A stretch of DNA of 64,000 bases from Jiangellaceae bacterium (lineage in GTDB: Bacteria > Actinomycetota > Actinomycetes > Jiangellales > Jiangellaceae): NCBI GenBank assembly GCA_036845485.1, contig DAIUDS010000001.1, forward strand, positions 3,574-67,573, read 5' to 3'. The number at the start of each line of letters is the position of its first letter. The stretch's first letter is position 1. Under the pieces are notes generated by a model. The model saw only the letters and a program-made list of their open reading frames with translations, made no database searches and was not told the DNA's origin. Positions 8,692 through 17,894 of this stretch are shown one piece after another. The position numbers and the translations under genes are program-made.

Positions 8692-10250
8692 GCAGACAGC
8701 GCCTGACCGAGGTCGGAGAGGAGGTCGTCGACGCTCTCGATTCCGACCGAGAGCCGCACCAAGTCGGCCGGAACCTCGAGCGGGCTCCCGGTCGCGCTGG
8801 CGTGGGTCATCCTGCCGGGGTGCTCGATCAATGACTCGACGCCACCCAGCGACTCACCGAGGGTGAAGAGGCGCGCCCGGTTGCAGACCTCGACCGCAGC
8901 CGCTTCGCCGCCGTCGACCCGGAACGAGACCATGCCACCGAACCGACGCATCTGCTTGGCGGCCACCTCGTGCCCGCGATGCCCCGGGAGCCCGGGGTAG
9001 AACACCTCGGTGACTCGGCGATGGGCCTGCAGCAGCGCCACGACGCGCTCGGCGTTGTCGCAATGTCGGTCCATCCTGACTCCGAGTGTGCGCAAGCCAC
9101 GCAGCACCAGCCAGGCGTCGAACGGGCCGGCCACGGCACCGATCGCGTTCTGGTGGTACGCCAGCTCGTCGCCCAGCCCATTGTCCGAGACGACGAGTGC
9201 TCCCCCGACCACGTCGGAGTGTCCACCGCAGTACTTCGTCGTCGAGTGCACGACCACGTCGGCCCCCAACGAGAGCGGCTGCTGGAGGTAGGGCGTCGCG
9301 AATGTGTTGTCGACCACCAGCAACGCCGCGGTGTCGTGCGCCATGCCGGCAAGCGTCGCGATGTCGGCGACCCCCAGCAGCGGGTTCGTCGGCGTCTCGA
9401 CCCACACCACCTTCGTCTCGGGCCGCAGCGCGGAGCGTACGGACTCCGGGTCGCTGACGTGGGCCGGCGTCCAGGACACGCCCCACCGCTCCACGACGTT
9501 GCTGACCAGCCGGTACGTGCCACCGTAGGCGTCGTCCGGGATCACGACGTGGTCGCCCGGACTCAGCACGGTGCGCAACAGCGTGTCCTCCGCAGCCATG
9601 CCACTGGCGAACGCCAGCCCGCGAGCACCGTCCTCCAGGGAGGCCAGGCACTCCTCGAGGGCCGTGCGGGTGGGGTTGGCGGTCCGGCTGTACTCGTAGC
9701 CGGCCCGGAGGCCGCCTATGCCGTCCTGCGCATACGTGCTCGTCGCGTAGATCGGCGGCACCACGGCGCCGGTGGTCGGGTCCGGCTCCTGGCCGGCGTG
9801 GATGGCGAGTGTCTCGAATCCGTGCACGACCCGGAACCATACGCATACGACGTCGGTCTCGCTGGTCAGGGACCAGTTCGGGTCCCCTGTGTGCTCTCGT
9901 ACGGGGCCGACTGTGTGGCGCTCCCAGAACCAGCGGTGCGACGCCCGCCAGTCGTCGACGTCGGCGAAGCCCTCGTCCTCGGAGTCCGCGAATTCCCATC
10001 TGACCTGGCCGAACGGCACGACGTCGACCCGGGTGACCTCGACCAGCGCGAGGCTCTCGTCGTCGTTGCCCACCAGGACCAGGCGCTCACCGACCCGCTC
10101 GACCTCCTCGCGGTCGACGGCGTACTCCGCCAGCAACCCGGCCGTCGCGCGCTTGTGTCCGTGGACGACGAGGTCGGTGAGCCGCTTGCGGAGTGGGCCC
10201 GGCACACCGAGCTCGAGCGTCCGCAACCCGCCCACCCGAGGCCAAGGCAC
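8688..10250 (-). CDS. metB: ASCH domain fused to cystathionine gamma-synthase/gamma-lyase (Cys/Met-metabolism PLP enzyme, Rv1079-like)
   Basis: The C-terminal ~380 aa resemble, as I recall it, M. tuberculosis MetB (FETLAIHAGQEPDPTTGAVVPPIYATSTY..., PLP site STTKYCGGHSD). The N-terminal ~140 aa are ASCH-like (LELGVPGPLRKRLTDLVVHGHKRATAGLL...FRVV). There is no stop codon between the two parts. Confidence 0.85.
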   Translation of the reverse strand: MPWPRVGGLRTLELGVPGPLRKRLTDLVVHGHKRATAGLLAEYAVDREEVERVGERLVLVGNDDESLALVEVTRVDVVPFGQVRWEFADSEDEGFADVDDWRASHRWFWERHTVGPVREHTGDPNWSLTSETDVVCVWFRVVHGFETLAIHAGQEPDPTTGAVVPPIYATSTYAQDGIGGLRAGYEYSRTANPTRTALEECLASLEDGARGLAFASGMAAEDTLLRTVLSPGDHVVIPDDAYGGTYRLVSNVVERWGVSWTPAHVSDPESVRSALRPETKVVWVETPTNPLLGVADIATLAGMAHDTAALLVVDNTFATPYLQQPLSLGADVVVHSTTKYCGGHSDVVGGALVVSDNGLGDELAYHQNAIGAVAGPFDAWLVLRGLRTLGVRMDRHCDNAERVVALLQAHRRVTEVFYPGLPGHRGHEVAAKQMRRFGGMVSFRVDGGEAAAVEVCNRARLFTLGESLGGVESLIEHPGRMTHASATGSPLEVPADLVRLSVGIESVDDLLSDLGQALSA

Positions 10251-10439
10251 GGCCCGAGCCGACCACTCGGGAGTGGCTTACGCAACTCTGGGCCGACATG
10301 CTCTCCCGTCTTGTGGCGGGTTCTGCACGTCATGTGGACGGGTTTGGCGTGCTCTTCCCGCCACAAGATGGTGCGCGCGCGAGGCGACGCCGCTCTAGCA
10401 CTCCGCTGCGAGCGCTTCGCGGGAGCCGGTTGGCGGGTG

Positions 10440-10940
10440 CGGACCGGCACCGTCAGCGGCGGCAGCAGCCCGTGGACCAGCGGGCCGATCGCCAGCGCGT
10501 ACACGACCGTGCCAATTCCAACGGTGCCGCCGAGCAGCCAGCCGGCCACAAGACGGTGACCTCGATCGACGTTCGAACCAGTCGCACTGACCGCCCGGTT
10601 CGGCGCACCAGCCCGGTCATGAGACCGTCACGTGGACCCGGCCCGAGCCGCGCGCCGATGTACGCCGCGGATGCGACACCGTTTATCCCGACGCCGGCCA
10701 GCAGGAAGCCGACCTGCAACGCCATCGCGTCCGGCGCGGGAATGGCTGCCAGCGTCGCGTCGGCGGCGAGGCCGATCACGACGACATTGCTCACCGTGCC
10801 GAACCCGGGCCACTGGCGCAGCGGTATCCAGGCCAGCAGCACCAGCGCACCCACCACGGTCGTCACCTCGCCAAACGACAGCGGCACCCGCTCGGCCAGG
10901 CCCTGGTGCAGGACGTCCCACGGGTCAAGGCCGAGCCTGG
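10440..10940 (-). pseudogene. YczE/YitT-like membrane protein, N-terminally truncated and frameshifted
   Basis: LGLDPWDVLHQGLAERVPLSFGEVTTVVGALVLLAWIPLRQWPGFGTV...IEVTV in one frame continues as VAGWLLGGTVGIGTVVYALAIGPLVH in another frame. The shift is near 10557. The first TM helix is missing. Confidence 0.6.
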
Positions 10941-10976
10941 CGCGGGGCGCCTGGTCGACGCGGGACACCACCGGCC

Positions 10977-12365
10977 CGGTGTACTCCCGGCTCGCCGCCG
11001 CTATGCGGCTTCTCGTTCTCGACGGACGGATTGCGCTGACCACAAGGCTGCCCGGCGAACGCGACCTGGCGGCTGCGCTCGGTCTCAGCCGGACGACTGT
11101 GACATCCGCGTACGACGTCCTGCGCGCCGCGGGGTATGTAGCCAGCCGGCACGGCTCCGGAACGTGGACCACACTGCCGCCGTCACGACTCGGGGACATG
11201 TCGGCCGCACCCTGGGCGCCGGCGGCGCCCGAGGGCGTCGACCTGCTCGACCTGGCGCATGCGGCACCCGAGGCGCCCGCCCACGTGCTGCGCGAGGCCT
11301 ACGACGCCGCGCTCGACCAGCTCCCCCGGCACCTGGCCGGACACGGGTACGGGCTCTTTGGCCTGCTCGAATTGCGGACGGTCGTCGCCGAACGATTCAC
11401 CAGCCGTGGCCTGCCGGCGACCCCGACCAGGTCCTCGTCACGGCCGGAGCCCAGCACGCCTTCTCCATGATGCTCGCGCTTGCCATCAGCCCCGGGGACC
11501 GGGTGCTGGTGGGGCATCCGACGTACCCGAACACTCTCGACGCCGCCCGTCGGGCCGGAGCCCGGCTCGTGCCGGTCGCCCTGACCGACGACGGTAGGGA
11601 CGTCGAGGCGACGGCGGCGGCGTTGCGGCAGACCGCGCCGCGGCTGGCCTACCTGATGCCCGACTTCCACAACCCGACCGGCGCTCCTCGCTACCGCCGA
11701 CGAGCGGGCCGCCCTGGCTCGGCAGCTCGCCAGGTCGCGCACCCTCACCGTCGTCGACGAGACGCTCGTCGCGCTCCGGCTGGACGGTGGCGACCAACCG
11801 CCCCCTTTCGCGACGTACATGCGAGATTCGCAGGTCGTCACCATCGGGACGGCCAGCAAGTCGTTCTGGGGTGGGTTGCGGGTCGGCTGGCTGCGCGCCG
11901 ACCGGGCCGCCGTGCAGCGTCTCGCAGCGGTTCGGGCCACGATCGACAACGCCTCTCCCGTCCTCGAGCAGCTCGCCGTCGCCTTTCTGCTCGCGCATGC
12001 CGAGCAGGTGCTCCCGGCTCGCCGCGGCGACCCTGCGCCTTCGCCGCGACGCCTTCCTGGCCGCCCTCGCACAACACCTGCCGCAGTGGAGCGTCCGTGT
12101 GCCCGGCGGCGGCCTGGTCCTGTGGTGCGACCTCGGCGCGCCGGTGAGCAGCGCGTTGGTCGGTGCGGCCGAGCGGCACGGCCTTCGCCTCGCCGCGGGG
12201 CCCCGGTTCGGCGTCGACGGTGCGTTCGAGCGCCGAGTTCGGCTGCCGTTCACCTACCCGGTCGACGTCCTCGTCGAGGCCGCCGGACGGCTCGCCGCGG
12301 CTTACCGATCGGTGACGGATGGCCGCGCGGCGGAACAGGACGCCCCGGTGGTGGCGTTTGCGTAA
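10977..12365 (+). pseudogene. MocR/GabR-type GntR-aminotransferase regulator with at least three frameshifts
   Basis: The HTH ([32 protein letters not shown]) and the aminotransferase domain are spread over frames 2, 1, 2 and 0. Switches lie near 11425 (..GLPATP | DQVLVTAGAQHAF), 11690 (DFHNPTGA | [11 protein letters not shown]) and 12025 (..VLPARR | [11 protein letters not shown]). Confidence 0.7.
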
Positions 12366-12385
12366 GCAGACACCCAGGAGGGTCC

Positions 12386-13051
12386 ATGTTCCTTTTCGAC
12401 CGCAGCACCAAATCCCGCCTCGTCTCGCCCGACCAGGCCCTGCCCGGCCGCGACATGCGGCCGTTCGCAGTCGCCGGCACGCACACCGTGTTGGGCACGC
12501 CGATCGAGGGCGCCGTCCCAACGGGCTACGAGGAGGTCGTCTTCGGTTTGGGCTGCTTCTGGGGCGCCGAGCGGATCTTCTGGAAGCTGCCTGGCGTCTG
12601 GACGACGGCCGTCGGGTACGCCGGGGGCCACACCCCTAACCCGACGTACGAGGAGGTCTGCTCGGGTGCCACGGCGCACACCGAGGTGGTCAGGGTCGTC
12701 TACGACCCCGCCCGCGTGACGTTCGCCGACCTGCTCAAGGCCTTCTGGGAGGGCCACGACCCGACTCAGGGCATGCGGCAGGGGAACGACGTCGGCACGC
12801 AGTACCGCTCGGCCATCTACTGGACGACGCCGGCGCAGCGCGACGCTGCCGAGGCCTCGCGCGAGGCGTACGCCCAGCGGCTGGCCGGCTCGGGATACGG
12901 GGCGATCACCACCGAGATCCTGCCGCGGCAGGAGTTCTGGTTTGCCGAGGACTACCACCAGCAGTACCTGCACAAGAACCCATGGGGCTACTGCGGCATC
13001 GGCGGCACCGGGGTCAGCTGCCCGGTCGGCCTCACCACCAGCGACGAGTGA
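12386..13051 (+). CDS. msrA: peptide-methionine (S)-S-oxide reductase
   Basis: Active-site [15 protein letters not shown] lies 5 nt upstream of ATG 12386. The 410-aa track ORF (11819..13051) is an artefactual fusion with a MocR frame. Confidence 0.95.
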   Translation: MFLFDRSTKSRLVSPDQALPGRDMRPFAVAGTHTVLGTPIEGAVPTGYEEVVFGLGCFWGAERIFWKLPGVWTTAVGYAGGHTPNPTYEEVCSGATAHTEVVRVVYDPARVTFADLLKAFWEGHDPTQGMRQGNDVGTQYRSAIYWTTPAQRDAAEASREAYAQRLAGSGYGAITTEILPRQEFWFAEDYHQQYLHKNPWGYCGIGGTGVSCPVGLTTSDE

Positions 13052-13357
13052 CCGACGCGTCCCACTTGCGCAGATCAGGCCACGTGGCACGCCGGATGGC
13101 TGCATCTGGCACGCCAGACGGGTGCTAACGCGCCCGAGTTGCGCTGTTTGTGGAACCGCCTGGCGTGCCACGTCGGTTAACCGGCCCCATCGATCCGCGC
13201 CACCTCCTTCACCCTGACCGGTATCGACTCGAGGAACTGCTTCATCATGAAGACACCCGCCGCGTCGGCCGCGCGCGGCAGGACCAACCCCGAGGCCGAG
13301 TTGTACATCGCATCTGGTTGAGCACCAACAACTTCGCGATCAAGAGGTAGGACGAGC

Positions 13358-15424
13358 GTGAACCGCTATCCGGTGCTCCATGACCTGCTCGTCTGCCTAC
13401 AGGCGCCCACCCAGGCATGGTCCGGTCTCGACGGTCAAATCCGGTCAGCCGGAGCGCAGGGCGTCTACCAGGGCGACGTGCGGGTCCTGTCGCAAGCGCA
13501 GCTCACCCTCGCCGGCGTAGAGCCCGACGCGCTGATGTCCGCCACCGACGGCCCGGGATCCGTCGTGATCGTGTCGATCGCCCGCGACGTCGACGATCCG
13601 ACCCGGGATCCCCCGGTTCGGGTCGAGCGCCGCCGACATGTCGAGTCCGGAACGGTGACCGAGCAGATCACGTTGAGTGCCGCCACCGAGGTCCCGGTCC
13701 ACGCGGTCGTGCGGATCGAGCTGGCCAGCGACCTGGCACCCATGGACGGGGTGCGGGCCGGGCGCGCGAGCCCGGCGCTGCCCGCCGAACTGGCCGGCGA
13801 CGGCTCCCTGCAATGGAGCGACGACGCTGTGACGGTCCGCGTGTCCGGTGCCGAGGCCGGCGCCGACCTCGGTGATCCGAGCCGGCCGGCGCTGCTGTGG
13901 AACGTCACCGTCGAGCGGGACCCAGTGGTGCTGCGCTGGCGAACCGAGGCGACGGACGCCGCCGCTGTCGTCGCCGCCCCAGCGCAGCAACGACCGGAAT
14001 GGTCCCGCCCTGAGGTCCGCGCCGACGACTGGCGGCTCTCCGCGCTATTCGCCCAGGCCATGGACGACCTGGCCGGCCTGCGGCTCACCACGCCCGAACG
14101 CCCCGACCACACCTTCCTCGCGGCGGGCGCCCCTTGGTACTTCACGCTCTTCGGGCGTGACTCGCTCTGGTCAGCGCGGATGCTCCTGCCCCTGGGCACC
14201 GAGCTGGCCGCCGGAACGCTGCGGGTGCTGGCACACCGGCAGGGCCGGTCCACCAACGCAGACACCGCGGAGCAGCCCGGCAAGATCCTGCACGAGGTTC
14301 GGCGTACGGCCATTGCCCTCCGGGAGGGCGGCCGAGGACTGCCGCCGGTGTACTACGGCACCGTCGACGCGACTCCACTCTGGGTCTGTCTGCTGCACGA
14401 CGCGTGGCGCTGCGGGATGCCTGAGCACGAGGTGGCCGATCTCCTGCCGCACGCGGGTGCGGCGCTGGCCTGGATGTCCGACTACGGCGACGCCGACGGC
14501 GACGGATTCCTCGAGTACATCGACACGTCCGGACGGGGCCTGGCCAACCAGGGCTGGAAGGACTCCCCCGACTCCGTCCAGTGGCGCGACGGCCGGCTGG
14601 CCACGGGCCCCATAGCCCTGGCCGAGGTCCAGGGCTATGCGCACGAGGCGGCCCTGGCCGGGGCCGCCCTGCTCGAGGCATTCGACCTGTCCGGCGCCGA
14701 CCGCTGGCGCTCCTGGGCGGCGGAGATCGCCGACCGCTTCCGCAAACAGTTCTGGGCCGAGGACGATCTCGGCCCGTATCCTGCGATCGCCCTCGACGCG
14801 GACAAGCAGCGCGTCGACACAATGACCAGCAACGCCGGGCACCTGCTCGGTACGGGGATCCTGTCCGCCGACGAGAGCGCGGCAGTCGCGCGCCGACTCG
14901 GGTCGGCCGAGATGGACTCCGGTTTCGGACTGCGGACGATGGCCACCTCCTCTGCGGGGTACTGGCCGTTGAGCTACCACGGAGGCTCGGTCTGGGCGCA
15001 CGACACCGCAATCGTCGTGTCCGGCCTGGCTCGGTCGGGTCACACGGATGCTGCCGCTGCAATGGTCGAAGGGCTGCTCGCGGCCGCCGTCGCCTTCGAC
15101 TTCCGGTTGCCCGAGCTCTACGGAGGCGACGCCAGGTCGGCGACGCCGCGTCCGGTCCCGTACCCGGCGGCGTGCCGGCCGCAGGCATGGTCGGCGGCCG
15201 CGGCCGTGGCGTTGCTGGCGGCCGTCCTTGGTGTAGCGCCCGACGTGCCTGGGGCAACCCTCGCAATCCGGCCGATGGCGCCGTCGCCGGTGGGCGCGGT
15301 GACGGTCAACGGCCTGCGCGTCGCGGGCGAGCCGCTCAGCCTTAGCGTCGCCGCCGACGGCAGCCTCCGCACGATCGACGCGCCACCCGGTCTGACCGTC
15401 GGACCGGCTCAGCCGGCGAGGTAG
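13358..15424 (+). CDS. glycogen-debranching N-terminal domain plus amylo-alpha-1,6-glucosidase (GDE_C) family protein
   Basis: 688 aa. The central and C-terminal (alpha/alpha)6-barrel region shows FTLFGRDSLW, GKILHE, GFLEY...GLANQGWKDS and AEVQGY. Confidence 0.8.
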   Translation: MNRYPVLHDLLVCLQAPTQAWSGLDGQIRSAGAQGVYQGDVRVLSQAQLTLAGVEPDALMSATDGPGSVVIVSIARDVDDPTRDPPVRVERRRHVESGTVTEQITLSAATEVPVHAVVRIELASDLAPMDGVRAGRASPALPAELAGDGSLQWSDDAVTVRVSGAEAGADLGDPSRPALLWNVTVERDPVVLRWRTEATDAAAVVAAPAQQRPEWSRPEVRADDWRLSALFAQAMDDLAGLRLTTPERPDHTFLAAGAPWYFTLFGRDSLWSARMLLPLGTELAAGTLRVLAHRQGRSTNADTAEQPGKILHEVRRTAIALREGGRGLPPVYYGTVDATPLWVCLLHDAWRCGMPEHEVADLLPHAGAALAWMSDYGDADGDGFLEYIDTSGRGLANQGWKDSPDSVQWRDGRLATGPIALAEVQGYAHEAALAGAALLEAFDLSGADRWRSWAAEIADRFRKQFWAEDDLGPYPAIALDADKQRVDTMTSNAGHLLGTGILSADESAAVARRLGSAEMDSGFGLRTMATSSAGYWPLSYHGGSVWAHDTAIVVSGLARSGHTDAAAAMVEGLLAAAVAFDFRLPELYGGDARSATPRPVPYPAACRPQAWSAAAAVALLAAVLGVAPDVPGATLAIRPMAPSPVGAVTVNGLRVAGEPLSLSVAADGSLRTIDAPPGLTVGPAQPAR

Positions 15425-16776
15425 CCGAGCAGGTCGGCGCGGGTGAGGACGCCCACCGGCTTGCCGTCGTCGAGCACCAGGAGCGCGTCGGACGAGCCCA
15501 ACTCCCCGACGGCCGCCGCGACGGGTTCACCGGCGCCGACGACCGGCAACGCGCCGGACATGTGCCGCTCGACCGCGTCGGTCAAGTGCGCCCGCCCGGT
15601 GAACAGCGCGTCGAGGATGTCGCGCTCGACCACGGACCCCGCGACCTCGGCCGCCATGACCGGCGGCTCGGCGCGGACCACTGGCATCTGCGACACCGCG
15701 TACTCGCGCAGGATGGCGACGGCCTGGGCCACGGTCTCGTTCGGGTGGGTGTGAACGAGGGCAGGCAGCTCACCGCTCTTGCGACGCAGCACGTCGCCGA
15801 CCGTCGTTCCGTCCGCCGCGTGGTCACCGAAGCCGTACGACGCTATCCAGTCGTCGTCGAAGACCTTCGACAGATAGCCGCGGCCGCCGTCTGGCAACAG
15901 CACGACCACGACGTCGCCCTCCCTCGCGCGGGCCGCCACGTCGAGCGCCGCCACGACCGCCATGCCGCACGATCCGCCGACCAGCAGTCCCTCCTCGCGG
16001 GCAAGCCGCCGGGTCATGTCGAAGGAGTCCCGGTCGGAGACGGCGACGATCTCGTCGCAGATCCCCTGGTCGTACGTCTGCGGCCAGAAGTCCTCTCCCA
16101 CACCCTCGACGAGGTATGGCCGGCCGGTGCCGCCGGAGTACACCGAGCCCTCGGGATCGGCTCCGACCACGCGCACGCGACCGTCCGACACCTCCTTGAG
16201 GTAACGGCCGGCGCCGCTGATGGTGCCGCCTGTCCCGATGCCGGCCACGAAGTGCGTGATCTCGCCGTCGGTCTGGTCCCAGACCTCGGGGCCGGTCGTC
16301 TCGTAGTGCGAGCGCGGGTTGTCGGGGTTGGCGTACTGATCGGGCTTCCAAGCGCCGTCGATCTCACGCGCGATCCGATCGGACACCGTGTAGTACGAGT
16401 CCGGATGATCGGGCGGCACGGCCGTCGGGCAGACGACGACCTCGGCTCCGTACGCCTTGAGCACGTTGCGCTTGTCCTCGCTCACCTTGTCCGGGCAGAC
16501 GAACACGCAGCGATAACCCTTGCGCTGCGCCACCAGAGCGAGCCCGACGCCGGTGTTTCCGCTGGTCGGCTCGACGATGGTGCCGCCCGGCTTCATCCGG
16601 CCGTCGCTCTCGGCCTGCTCGACCATTCGAAGTGCGATGCGGTCCTTGACCGATCCGCCAGGGTTGAAGTACTCGACCTTGGCCAGGACGGTTGCCGGAA
16701 CCTTCCCAGCCACCCGGCCCAGGCGGACCAGCGGCGTGTTGCCGACGAGTTCGACCACGTTGTCGTAGTACTTCAC
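15409..16776 (-). CDS. cbs: cystathionine beta-synthase (PLP domain plus tandem CBS domains)
   Basis: MKYYDNVVELVGNTPLVRL...NPGGSVKDRIA...TSGNTG, with a C-terminal CBS pair. 455 aa. Confidence 0.9.
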   Translation of the reverse strand: MKYYDNVVELVGNTPLVRLGRVAGKVPATVLAKVEYFNPGGSVKDRIALRMVEQAESDGRMKPGGTIVEPTSGNTGVGLALVAQRKGYRCVFVCPDKVSEDKRNVLKAYGAEVVVCPTAVPPDHPDSYYTVSDRIAREIDGAWKPDQYANPDNPRSHYETTGPEVWDQTDGEITHFVAGIGTGGTISGAGRYLKEVSDGRVRVVGADPEGSVYSGGTGRPYLVEGVGEDFWPQTYDQGICDEIVAVSDRDSFDMTRRLAREEGLLVGGSCGMAVVAALDVAARAREGDVVVVLLPDGGRGYLSKVFDDDWIASYGFGDHAADGTTVGDVLRRKSGELPALVHTHPNETVAQAVAILREYAVSQMPVVRAEPPVMAAEVAGSVVERDILDALFTGRAHLTDAVERHMSGALPVVGAGEPVAAAVGELGSSDALLVLDDGKPVGVLTRADLLGYLAG

Positions 16777-16818
16777 GCGGCGAAGCCTAGGTGACGACGC
16801 CGGGTTAGAGTCCGGTGC

Positions 16819-17847
16819 GTGGCAGGCATGGTCAGCGCACGGACAGCACGGCGGATCGCCACGGCTGCCCTCTATGGCGGCGGGAGTCTCGGTCTGGCGG
16901 GCGCCGGGTTCTACGGCCTACTCCGGTTCGAAGCCCGCCAGGCCCGGCTGGCGATCGGCACACTGGACGACAGGCCGCCAACGGCCGACGGGCTCTACGG
17001 TCACTTTCCCGGCGAACCGATCTCGTTCGCGATCCTCGGTGACTCCTCAGCAGCCGGGCTCGGCGTCAGCACGCCGGACGAGACGCCAGGAGCACTGCTG
17101 GCCGCCGGACTGGCCGATATCGCCGAGCGGCCGATCCGGCTGACCATCGTCGCCAGGTCCGGCGCGCAGACATCCGACCTCGCCGAGCAGGTTCCGTCTG
17201 CCCTTGCCGCACGGCCGGACCTTGCCCTGGTCATCGTTGGCGGCAACGACGTCACCCACCGGACGAGCCCGACCACCTCGGTGCGGCTGCTCGACGAGGT
17301 GGTCCGCGAGCTCCGGGACGCCGGCTGCGCCGTCGTCGTAGGGACGTGTCCCGACCTCGGAACCGTCGAACCGATTCCCAGGCCGTTGCGATGGCTCGCG
17401 CGGCGCGCGAGCCGTCAGCTGGCCGCCGCCCAGACGGTGGCGGTCGTCGAGGCAGGGGGACGGACGGTATCCCTGGGCTCGATCCTGGGCCCGGAGTTCG
17501 CGGCGGCCCCCCGGCACATGTTCGCGGTCGACCGCTTTCACCCGTCGGCGGCCGGATATGCGGCAGCGGCCGCAGCCGTCCTGCCGTCGGTGGCCAGCGC
17601 GCTCGGCCTGTGGCCCGCCGAGGAGGAGCGGCCGGAACTGCTACGAGGCGACGACGTTCTGCCGGTCGCGGTCGCCGCGGCCGCTGCCGCCGAGGAGTCC
17701 GGCACCGAGGTCGCCGCCACCCAGGTTGCCGGGCACGACCGAGGCCCGCGCGGACGTTGGGCGCTGCTGCGGCACCGCCAGCGGCGTCCGCTGCCCGAGC
17801 CGGAGCGTGAGGAGACCGCGACGATCGCCGGCTCGCAGCCGACCTGA
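16819..17847 (+). CDS. SGNH/GDSL hydrolase family protein (Rv1075c-like) with an N-terminal TM anchor
   Basis: GDSSAAGLG block I, GGNDV block III, DRFHPS block V. Confidence 0.8.
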   Translation: MAGMVSARTARRIATAALYGGGSLGLAGAGFYGLLRFEARQARLAIGTLDDRPPTADGLYGHFPGEPISFAILGDSSAAGLGVSTPDETPGALLAAGLADIAERPIRLTIVARSGAQTSDLAEQVPSALAARPDLALVIVGGNDVTHRTSPTTSVRLLDEVVRELRDAGCAVVVGTCPDLGTVEPIPRPLRWLARRASRQLAAAQTVAVVEAGGRTVSLGSILGPEFAAAPRHMFAVDRFHPSAAGYAAAAAAVLPSVASALGLWPAEEERPELLRGDDVLPVAVAAAAAAEESGTEVAATQVAGHDRGPRGRWALLRHRQRRPLPEPEREETATIAGSQPT

Positions 17848-17894
17848 CCCAGGTACGCTGTAGCTACCTACCGGTAACTTCTCCAGGAGCCAGG

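Noticed and set aside
10193-11470. 425-aa ORF as an intact MocR-like gene
   Set aside because: The first ~260 codons are antisense junk over the YczE remnant. MocR similarity starts near 10977 and leaves this frame at about 11425.
11819-13051. 410-aa ORF suggesting one large protein
   Set aside because: It is a chimera. One frame of the MocR pseudogene stays open into msrA, which has its own RBS and ATG at 12386.
13081-13115. Sigma-54 promoter (TGGCAC motifs)
   Set aside because: No TTGCW element lies at the required 5-nt spacing, and as far as I know RpoN is not found in Actinomycetota. The motifs are better described as a repeated operator-like sequence.
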